A stretch of 64,000 nucleotides of DNA from Octopus vulgaris (Eukaryota): the NCBI GenBank assembly GCA_951406725.2, contig OX597815.1, positions 203,298,001 through 203,362,000 of the forward strand. The letters are read 5' to 3'. The position numbers and the translations under genes were made by a program. Positions 27,689 through 40,107 of the stretch are shown here, piece by piece. Below the pieces are notes generated by a model that saw nothing but the letters and a program-made list of their open reading frames with translations, was not told where the DNA came from and ran no database searches. How positions within the stretch are numbered: the stretch's first letter is position 1; each line of letters opens with the position of its first letter.

Positions 27689-28135
27689 ATTATATAGGGG
27701 CTTAGAAAAATTCTAGTCTATATGCTGAAAATAGACGCTTGATTATTATAATTGAAAGATTTCTATTGACTCTGGGACAGTATAGTCACTTATGTGCTAC
27801 TATGACCTGATACACATGTGCTGAGGTAAGCTACGAAGTTCTATGTTGGATATATCTTTGATTTTTATATGTAGTTATAGTTTTGTGTTTGCTTTCCTGT
27901 AGATATGTATAAATATCTCGTTCTTAAGTGTTCTCTGCTGACGAGGAAAATCCATTTGGAGAATCCAGAAATTGATCAATCCAGAGCTCTCTATATTGTT
28001 ATGAATTTTCTATTAGCTTTCTCCCTCGATTTCAACACGTGTGTAACTTTGTGATGACTTTTAAAGTGATTGGACGATTTATCGCCTACTTTCATTGTAT
28101 GGGCTAAAATTTTTCTATGCCCTTAATTATAATTG
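27689..28135 (+). mobile_element. Penelope-like terminal remnant bounded by ~50-bp inverted repeats
   Basis: GGGGCTTAGAAAAATTCTAGTCTATA (from ~27697) vs TATGGGCTAAAATTTTTCTATGCCC (from ~28098); contains a hammerhead motif. Confidence 0.5.
27933..27986 (+). ncRNA. Minimal type I hammerhead ribozyme motif (PLE type)
   Basis: Stem I CTCTG/CAGAG, core CTGACGA, stem II GGA...TCC plus one extra A, GAAA, palindromic stem III ATTGATCAAT, cleavage triplet AUC. Confidence 0.65.
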
Positions 28136-28433
28136 TGAGCGCGCGTGTGTGTGTGTGTACACGAATGTATTTCGTTTCAGAAATTTCATTACTGCACTTT
28201 GTTTATTATCACCAATTGTTCAAACATTTTCAAACCAATATTAAATGCTTTCCTAAATCAGAATTCCATTATCAAATATTCTAAACGGCAAATATTATCA
28301 GCTGGCATATTTTAATAATTTTAGACGATCTACATTATTTTCTAAAAATATCCAAAAATATCCACATTGTGTCTATAAAAAGAAATAAAGAATGAAAATC
28401 GATAAATTTTCAGGCAGTCAAATTTAGAGAGTA

Positions 28434-29157
28434 GGGGAGACCAGGATTAGTTGACTATATTTTTTACATTTTCACTGACAGAGCAATACTATTTAATGTA
28501 TTGTACTGCATCTTGTATTACACGCATAAATCAACCATAGCACAAGACTAACAAAGCTAGAGATTTCATCTGCTTATTGTCTGGGTTTATATTTTGTGCA
28601 TTTTCTAAGACCGCTTAAATGTGTCTATTTGCCCCGATATCGGGTAAGTTGACATATATAATGTGGTATGTTGACACATGAATGCATTTTCTTGGAACAT
28701 ACATATTAGTGGACAGAAACACATGATATAAGCTTGTTGGTTTGATCAAGCGCCTATATTTCGGTTTCATTACATATCATCATCAGAGTCACAATTTGGG
28801 CATGTGGATATTGTTCAGACCTGGTGTGCATGCCTCGTGAACCCTATCTTTACAATCAGAGCATTGAAGCCACACTTCCTTTCCTTTGCTGTTGGAAAAA
28901 GGGCTCGCAGCACACTAAGCAATAGCACTCTTCTTCATCAGAGGTATCACTTTCGAAAATAACTTACCAAGTGGAAAGTTTCAATGTTGTCCGCGTATAG
29001 CAGACAAACTCTTACAACGGCGACGAAATCAAATGAGGGGGAAGCTTATACTAACAGCACTACTGTGATGTCATTAAATCACCCGAAAGTAGTTTCGCAT
29101 TTTCTCTAGAGAAAATGTGTCAACTTGCCCCTGTAGTCAACTTGCCCCAGTCTCCCC
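28434..29157. mobile_element. Non-autonomous DNA transposon (Tc1/mariner-pogo type, TA TSD)
   Basis: TA|GGGGAGACCAGGATTAGTTGACTA ... TAGTCAACTTGCCCCAGTCTCCCC|TA terminal inverted repeats; subterminal repeat GTCAACTTGCCCC. Confidence 0.75.
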
Positions 29158-29497
29158 TAAATCAAGCACAGAGACTAGGATTACTACCCCCAAAACTAGG
29201 AGAGTTAAAATGTAAATCTCAACAATTAATGCCTTCATGAAATCATAATTAACTTTCATGTTAAGAATTCACCTTTCTTTAGCTTGACTGAAGAACAAGT
29301 AAGACGATTATATAAATCAGGTGTTTCAGTATCTCATCCAAAGAAGATATCTCGTTCATAAATTATTCATTAAATTCAAAAGTATTACACGTATCTTAAG
29401 ACCATTTCTGCAGAAGCAGTACAATTTTTGCGCGTGCATGCATGTGTGTGTGTGTTTGTGTGTGTGTGCGCGCGCGCGCGTGTGTGTGTGTGTTTCC

Positions 29498-29885
29498 GTG
29501 GAGGCGCAATGGCCCAGTGGTTAGGGCAGCGGACTCGCAGTCATAGGATCGCGGTTTCGATTCCCAGACCGGGCGTTGTGAGTGTTTATTGAGCGAAAAC
29601 ACCTAAAAGCTCCACGAGGCTCCGGCAGGGGATGGTGGTGATCCCTGCTGTACTCTTTCACCACAACTTTATCGCACTCTTACTTCCTGTTTCTGTTATA
29701 CCTGTATTTCAAAGGGCCGGCCTTGTCACTCTCTGTGTCACGCTGAATATCCCCGAGAACTACGTTAAGAGTACACGCGTCTGTGGAGTGCTCAGCCACT
29801 TACACGTTAATTTCACGAGCAGGCTATTCCGTTGATTCGGATCAACCGGAACCCTCGTCGTCGTAACCGACGGAGTGCTTCCTCC
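29498..29885 (+). mobile_element. SINE family A, full length
   Basis: 15-bp TSD TGTGTGTGTGTTTCC (29483-29497 / 29886-29900). Confidence 0.93.
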
Positions 29886-32377
29886 TGTGTGTGTGTTTCC
29901 AATGAGCAATTTGAAACATGTAAAATTGAAAGTAATCTCGAAAACTGTAAACAGTCTGTAGGACTCAAACCTAAGCTGCTTTTTGGTTAGCTGCTGTAAT
30001 TACTACAGCACTACGCAGTTATACCTTGCTCGGCTATCTCACACTTAATGGTATTTTTCTTTTAAATAATATAACGCTAAAGACTTAATGGTTAGTAACA
30101 TAAACGAAATGCTAGACATTTATAATGATTGCATTAGGTTAATTACCACAATGCACCACGATAATTTGCTCTCAAGTGTGATTATTCCTTTCATTAGTCA
30201 TTTACTTGCTTCGTATGTTGATGCACGCGCATACAGTTTTCATATTTTCTCTGATATTTTTTCATCTTAAACCTTTTGAATTAATTCGTTATGAATTAAT
30301 TCAGACACCATAAAGAAAGCTGATGAAGATTTAACAAAGGAGGCTTGATTTTATTCATTCTCTTTCAAATAGCTCGACGGCAGCTTTTCACATATTCAAA
30401 AAGTTGAGATTTTCATGTCCCAAGATTTAAATTATCATGAGAATAGGAAAGTAGTTAAAGATTGAAATATATCTCGTATTTGCTGTCGTGAAATTTATAA
30501 AGAAAAGAAAACGATTGTAATTGAAACAAAGAACTCTTGACAGATCATAATGGAAAAGAAACTCCTCCATCAAGGAAATTATATATGAGCGGCAAATCCA
30601 CATCGCGTGATGAATCTAAACAGAGCCGTAATGAGAAGTCGCGTGATGTATAAACAACCAAAGATATTTGGTTGTTTGCTATTCGTAAATGATTCATTTA
30701 ATCAAATCATTGGTTATGCCTAAACTGCTTTTATTGCTCGTCATTCAACTCCTTTAATAATTATTCATGTCAAATCTCATCAGTGAAATGTAACTACCGT
30801 TTCTAAAACTATTGCCCCGTGAATTGACCTCCTCATTTTATGTTCATTCTCTTAACGACTGAAAATTCGGAATCAGTCGAATTGTAAATTCAAGTTATTT
30901 TTGCATGTCTTGGAATAAAATCCCATCGTGACATCAATGTTCCTAAAATGGTGTTCACCATTTTTTAAAATTATTTTAACCCTATCACATAAGCAGTTCT
31001 TGGCTCGCCAATGAGTTTTAATTGACTAACGACTTGATTAAATCATGCAAACATTTGGTACAATCACTTTGTTCGAATTCGTCAGCCATCGTAAAAATGG
31101 CAGAGCCGTTTGAATACAACATTACAAAACTTCGCATAATAATAGAAAAAGGTAGCAAGAAAACCATTCGTAGACCGAGTCAACAGGTTTCCTACCCACA
31201 ATCTTCAGCTGCACACGCACTTCCGCAGGATATAGCCTAGCAAACACTTCCTGGCAATAACTCGTAATCTAATCGGTGTGACGCCTATTCATTTCGCTTA
31301 GATCATTTTAAAGAAACCTCTCTGTAATTTACGAGCTACCTTTAAGCTCAATAAATGCATTACATTTTATAGTCGGTTAATCTAGACGTCAACGCAGTAC
31401 AATGGTAATTACGTAGACTTTTGAAACAAGAATATTTTAGTAGTAATGGCGCCAGCGAATTGCTTACTTTGTAATATTTCCTACGCCCTTTTATAACTGT
31501 ATGGTTGGCTTCACTTAAATATGAACAAATGGTCTCCTTCAGTCCTTAGTTAACAATCAGAAACATTTAAAATCATTTCTTGAATTTCGAACGAAATTGC
31601 AGAAAGGTAACAAACAAACAATATAAGTAATATATAATATAAACAATGAATGGACAGCTATAAATAATACCATAGATTTTAGGGCTATATAGTATATAGA
31701 ACAGTATTGCTCGTTTTGCTCCAATATTCTGTTTATATTATATACATACATATATTCATATTCATAAACACACTCATATATATGCGTATGTGTGTTTGCA
31801 TGCATGCATGTATGTATGTATGTATATATATTATGTATGTATATTATGATTCTATTTTTTGTGTTATTCAGTAGCGTGTTGGGAGACTCTTCAAAGCGTT
31901 GGAAAACAATGCTTTGCGATATTTTCTCCGGCTCTTCGATCTGAGATCGATTCGAGCTGAAATCAGTTTTGTCTTTCGTCCCACCGTGAATGCTAAAATA
32001 AAGTACCTGTGGAGTACTGAGATTGGTGGTATCGGCTAATCTCCTTCTCTAAAAGATATTGGCCCTGTGCTTAAATCAGAAAGTATTATTATTTATGATA
32101 ATAATAGTCGTTATCATTGTTTAACATTTTGTAGTTTCATGCAAATTTCTACCGCATCACCTGCTACACATCCGTGTTGCTAGAGTGTATGCAACCTTAT
32201 GTGTTATTTTTTCTTGTTGGCAGTATGCAAGCTCTTCCCGGTATTGTATTGCGCCAGTTTCTTTTTTAATGGGATTGTTGTTATTGTTATTGTCGTTGTT
32301 GTTGTTGTTGCTGTTGTTATCGTTACTGTTGTTGTCGTCGTCGATGTTGTTGCTGTTGTTCTTGTTCTTGTTGTTGT

Positions 32378-32530
32378 GTGCCTTAGGTATGTGCTGTGGT
32401 TTGCTGTGATGCTCTTATTTTCACTGTATTGAAAGTGTTTTACGTTAGGATATGTTCGGTACCTAGAAGTGCTAGTTTCTGTATATTATATATACTCGTA
32501 AGTCTCGGTGCCTGTGTTATGTATTTGTCT
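32378..32530 (-). mobile_element. R4/Dong-like LINE, extreme C-terminal fragment
   Basis: Minus strand DKYITQAPRLTSIYNIQKLALLGTEHIL matches the QKxALLGTAHILR terminus of RLE-type R4/Dong elements; abuts the (TAA)n array. Confidence 0.7.
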
Positions 32531-34310
<1,780 letters not shown>

Positions 34311-34810
34311 GAGTGAGAGAGCAGTTCATGCCATCAAAATGACACTGGGGTAAAATATACGAAGCCCAATATACCCATCATGACTACCCGTCTGATAAAG
34401 GTACACCAGGCACATGCATCACAACCATATGTGCGCAACATGGTAATCTCATATCAAGATAAACAGCACATGACCTTGCAGGTGGGGGCCCAGTTAGAAT
34501 TTTCTTCAGGTTGAGTAGCCCATCCCGCTCAAACGGTCCCTGAATAAGGGTTGCTTAAGGATGTTGAAAGAACCACCCATGTTTCCAGAGGTGAACTATT
34601 CAAACCCCAAAGAATCTCTCTCAACACATGGCTATGATGCTCCCCCACTACTTCTGCTCGTGATCAGAGATGCACATATCGTCAGCCACTAAGAGACATG
34701 CTCAACTGGTTAAGGTCAAACAACTGACAAGCAAATCTGTGGTATTGAGCAGAATATTTGCTGTAGCCCATCTTTTATACCAAGACAAAACAATGTACAT
34801 GATAACACTT
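34311..34810 (-). mobile_element. 500-bp non-coding insert with (TAA)n on both sides; probable 3' portion of a TAA-targeting retroelement
   Basis: Sharp boundaries into (TTA)n on both sides; no ORF; identity and strand are inferred from the neighbouring Dong-like copies. Confidence 0.45.
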
Positions 34811-34828
34811 TTATTATTATTATTATTA

Positions 34829-34883
<55 letters not shown>

Positions 34884-35815
34884 GTGATGAAACCTCACAG
34901 CTTATTTTGCTGGGTATGACGGAAAGTGTCAACTGTCAACGGAAAGTGTCACTGTCCACAGCAACAGACTAAGGTGACATTTACTGGTTATGCTTCAAGA
35001 ACCCTGCGAAGAAATCTTGCAGTCCCAAGGAATGCTGATCTACCTTCACACTTGCACCAATCTTTTGCTGATACTTCCAAGTGCACCAATTACTATTGGT
35101 ATCACATCTACTCTCCTCATTGACCACAACCTTCGTATTTCACACTTCATATCATCATAGTTTATTTTACTTTTCTTCTTGTTTCACACTGATCTTGATG
35201 ACACCTAGGCATACTATGTCGATTACCATGCATGTTCTTTCTTTTTTATTCACCACAACAATATCCGGTTTCCTATGTCTGGTAAGGTGATCGCATTTGA
35301 TCATTGCATCCTACAGGATTTTGCAATTTTCGTTCCCGAAGACTCTTTCTGGGGTTTGCTCATATAACGTCTTTGCTCTTTGTAAACCGTGATTTCTACA
35401 GTCCCAGTGGATCATTCTTGCCACATTGTCATGGCGGTTTTAGTATTCGCGTTGTGTCAGTTTCGGGCATTCGCTAACGATGTGTCATACCGTTTCATCC
35501 CTCTCACCACACATTCTGTCCGTAGTGTCATTTATTCTATACTTCATATAGTTGGTCCTTAACGCTTGTTCTTGAGCTGCGCATATGACTGCTTCTGTCT
35601 CTATCTTCAAGTCACTCCTCCTCATCCATAACCACCGGTCCTCTATATCTATCTTGACGCTCACATCTGTTGCAAGCCGAGCGTACATTTTTCCATCTAT
35701 GCATTTTCTGTTTTTTACTTTTTTTTTGTTCATTTCTTGTTTAAATTTTTCTTTCACACATTTTTCTGGTCTTCGTATACATTTTCATCACTTCTCTCTT
35801 TTGCCATTTTATAAC
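34884..35815 (-). mobile_element. 5'-truncated R4/Dong-like LINE (CCHC finger, restriction-like endonuclease, 3' UTR)
   Basis: Peptides LKIETEAVICAAQEQALRT, RMCGERDETV*HIVSEC, RHDNVAR, RKPDIVVVNK, VIPIVIGALG, FLGTARFLRRVLEA*; 3' end runs into (TAA)n. Confidence 0.9.
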
Positions 35816-36091
35816 GCTTAATAAGGAAATAGTAACAAAGAAAAATATGCTAGAGAAAAACCTAGCCAGTATCTTTGAAGAAGCGATTTCGAAAGGTATA
35901 GCAAACGATGTGCTGGCAGTGAGAATGAGCCTCGATTTTTTTCTCTTCAAAAAACATAAAGGTTGCATTATCAGAGCTAAACTGTATGGCTAAGACACGA
36001 AGATAAGAGAACCGTTTGGTGAACCCGACTGCAAGACACGCAATGTAGCAGTAAAGATGCAAATCTTTCTTTGGATGATTAGGACGGAAAC

Positions 36092-36129
<38 letters not shown>

Positions 36130-36335
36130 AGGCACAAGGGCCGTAACTTTTTAAGGGGAAGTTATTAGTCCTTCCTACAATTTAACTGGTACTTAATTTA
36201 TCAATCCCGAAAGGAAGGGAGGTGAAATTGTTTCTTGCAGGATTTCAATTCGTAACGTTTAGAGAAGAAACTAAATACCACAAGATATTTATTGTGGCAT
36301 CCTCTCATTTTTCTACACCACTACCTTTACTGCCA

Positions 36336-36561
<226 letters not shown>

Positions 36562-36922
36562 GATCGCTGTTATTCACCATCCTCCACCAGATTAATCCTA
36601 AAGGAGCCATCCCGTTATAAATGAGAGTTATAACACCAAAACATATTTCCAACATTCTAATGAGCTAAAAAATATTCAATTAATTTAAACCAAACTCGCT
36701 GTGAGATAAAAATACAAACTCACTTTGTTTCTACACGACCCCATTAAATTTTTAATTAACTTTCATTTAGGAATTTCTTAAAGGGACCTACCATTAATGC
36801 TAATGAGCATTTTTCTTCTGGCTGTGTAGGCAAATTTAATTACTGAAAGAAAGAAAGAAAGAAAGGAAGAACTATGAACCTTATATTCAATATATTTCAT
36901 TATTGATAATTAGGATTTGGGA

Positions 36923-37118
36923 GGGCGACAAGCTGGCAGAATTGTTAGCACGCTGGGCTGAATGTTTAGCAGCATTTCATCCGTCTTTACATTCTGAGTT
37001 CAAATTACGCTGAGGTAGACTTTGCTTTTCATCCTTTCTGGAGTCGATGAAACAAGGGTAATCGACTTACCTTCCTCCCTGAAATTACAGGCCTTGTGCC
37101 AAAATTTGAAACCAATAA
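36923..37118 (+). mobile_element. SINE family D2
   Basis: AGGGCGACAAGCTGGCAGAA...TTGTGCCAAAATTTGAAACCAATA. Confidence 0.85.
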
Positions 37119-37363
37119 TTAGGTTTTGAATAGAGATGTAGTAAGAATGTAAATTCTGTAAACGTCTGTTATTTATATTATCTCACCGTTCAGAGTAATG
37201 TCAAATGATTTATTCTTTTTGACTAGACACGAAAGCATTTCTTATAAATAATGGATATATTCAGTTCAATCAACTCTAAAGTATTGATTTCTTACGTAAA
37301 CGAAAGGAGATAAATTTGATAAGAGATGGTCGCTTAAATCGACTCCGGTATATGACTGGTCTT

Positions 37364-37695
37364 TATTAGGGGTACCAAGAGTAATGTTGTATTTCATATA
37401 ATGAGTCCAGATCAGCGTAGGATAAAACGTAAACTTGCTCATTCAAAATGTAATCGCCATCGTTGTCGAGGTTTCTCGCCTCGAAACCAGTTTTCTGATT
37501 CTCTGGACAAAAATAAAAACAAAATCAGGTTCTTTTGAAGAAAAAATATTCGTGCCGTTTCGTCTCTGCTTCTGAATAGTTTTCCAAAGTGTTCAAGTGA
37601 CCTGAATAAGTGAAAATCTGATGGTGCTAAGTTTGAGGAGTAAGGAGTTGAGGTAGAGTTTCCCAGCCCAATGAATTTATCTTGTCTGGGCTCAC
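37364..37695 (-). mobile_element. Mariner transposase C-terminal fragment with one TIR
   Basis: PYSSNLAPSDFHLFRSL (YSPDLAPSD motif); TIR-like TATTAGGGGTACCAAGAGTAATG at 37364. Confidence 0.78.
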
Positions 37696-37723
37696 TATAT
37701 ATATATATGTGTGTGTGTGTATG

Positions 37724-37760
<37 letters not shown>

Positions 37761-37767
<7 letters not shown>

Positions 37768-38053
37768 TATCACGTGACCGACCAGACCATCAGATGTTGT
37801 TACACATCGCTGGTCACAATGCGTTCGCATTGTTTTAGCCTTCGAATGACGCCACTCCGCTGGCTAAGTGATCAGGTCAACAGAAGAAAGAGTGGTGAAA
37901 GAGTACAGCAGGGATCACCACCCCCTGCCGGAGCCTCGTGGGGCTTTTAGGTGTTTTCGCTCAATAAACACACACAACGCCCGGTGTGGGAATCGAAACC
38001 GCGATCCTACGACCGCGAGTCCGCTGCCCTAACCACTAGGCCATTGCACCTCC

Positions 38054-38054
<1 letters not shown>
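37761..38054 (-). mobile_element. SINE family B inserted in (TA)n
   Basis: Reverse complement of the 26415-type element. Confidence 0.9.
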
Positions 38055-38104
<50 letters not shown>

Positions 38105-38407
38105 AAGGTATGTATGTAGGTAGGTATGTATGTAGGTAGGTAAGTAGGTAGGCATGTAGGTAAGTAGGTAGGTACTACGTACGTACGTAGGTAGCTAGGA
38201 AGGTAAGTATGAATGTGTGTGGTATACAAAAATGTGGGGCCCGGAGAGTCAAATAGATTTTTATGAATATGTAATGGAACTTTCCAGCTTTAAAGAAAGA
38301 AATTCACCGTACCCTTAAATTTTCAAAAGGAATTCCTTCCACCGGTGGCCCAAAAGTAGTCTGCCTCATTTTGCAAAATACCTATCGGAGACCATGCAAA
38401 CTTATAT

Positions 38408-38480
<73 letters not shown>

Positions 38481-38773
38481 CGTGTTTATACACCGAGGGA
38501 GTGGGGAGAGAAATATAAGATACCTGGAGGGTGTGTAATGTAGATAGATTTAGTTATTTATTTGAAAGCCGTAGCTTACGTAAACGGAAAATAATAAGAA
38601 ATCCTCTTGCAGATGTTTCGAGTATTATTGATTCTTCATCAGGAAAATTATTCCACTTTGGCTACCCAGAGAATTTTATATAAATCGCCATAATGAACGT
38701 CAATATATATTATTCAATGTACTTTTTAGTTGGTAAAGGCATTTTTACAAATCAGAAAGGCTACTAGTGATAT

Positions 38774-39084
38774 CACCGTGATCACCGTGCCCGACCAGGC
38801 TATCAGATGTTGCTACACATCGCTGGTCACAATGCGCTTCGCATTGTTTTAGCCTTTAAATGACGCCACCCCGCTGACTAAGCGAGCAGGCCAACAGAAG
38901 AAAGAGTGAGAGAGAGTTGTGGCGAAAGAGTACAGCAGGGATCGCCACCATCCCCTGCCGGAGCCTCGTGGAGCTTTAGGTGTCTTCGCTCAATAAACAC
39001 TCGCAACGCCCGGTCTGGGAATCGAAACTGCGATCCTACGACCGCGAGTTCGCTGCCCTAACCACTGGGTTATTGCGCCTCCAC
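38774..39084 (-). mobile_element. SINE family B, full length
   Basis: 11-bp TSD ACTAGTGATAT (38763-38773 / 39085-39095). Confidence 0.92.
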
Positions 39085-39713
39085 ACTAGTGATATATCCC
39101 GATAAATCACTGCTATATAAAGCGTGTACAGCAGTATATCAAACTACGGCTGGATAGTTTTCGATCATTTTTATAAATGTATAGCTATATAGGTCATTAA
39201 TTCATTCAAATTTAGATAACGTGTCACACAAAATATCTAACCTGATAGTAAAATGTTATAATCTTATTTGGATTTTGCATATAAAAAAAAAATTAAATAT
39301 TTCATTTATTTCATCTGTTTCCCAATGTATTTGAAGAGATTCTTGACATGAGCATCCCTTTTTAGAAGGTGACTGTCTTCCCCGAGCTACATTATTTAAT
39401 GACCTTTTGTGACCTTTCTTTTTCTTAGATTATGAAAGAAATTTGCTTGCTATTTCTCACAATTCGAGCGACTACGCAGATGTTGCTTCGCTGGCTTGTG
39501 CTATCAATAATAAATGTAAGTAGTACGTGATATACTATTTGATGGTATCCTCATAGATCAAAGAGACAGTGAATCGCCTGAAACCAGTTATAAATTAATA
39601 CTGTACAAAGAGGATGCGGAAGCCAGAAAAAAATCGACCGCTGTTGTATTATGATAATTTAATTAAGCTGCATTCTACTAAACTAGTATGGCAACTATGT
39701 GAGAGTATACAAC

Positions 39714-39716
39714 TAT

Positions 39717-39782
<66 letters not shown>

Positions 39783-39869
39783 GGGAGAGAGAGAGGGAGA
39801 GAGAGAAACAGAGAGAGAGAGATAGGTAGATAGACAGATAGACAGGTAGATAGGTAGACAGACAGATTG
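39714..39869. repeat. (GATA)n/(GA)n/(GACA)n tract at the 3' end of a LINE
   Basis: Directly visible. Confidence 0.95.
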
Positions 39870-40061
39870 ATTTCTTTATTAGTCACACAGGGCCGAACAC
39901 AGAGGGGACAATGCAATGTGGAACTTTTCGAAAGAAAGAAAGAAAGAAAGATTGAAAGAAAGAATAAAAGAAAATGTAAAACAGATTAGGTTTATCCGTG
40001 GAAAGAAAAGCTTACGAATAAGACCACGGTAACCTCAGGCAAGGAAAGAAACACATGAGAG

Positions 40062-40107
<46 letters not shown>

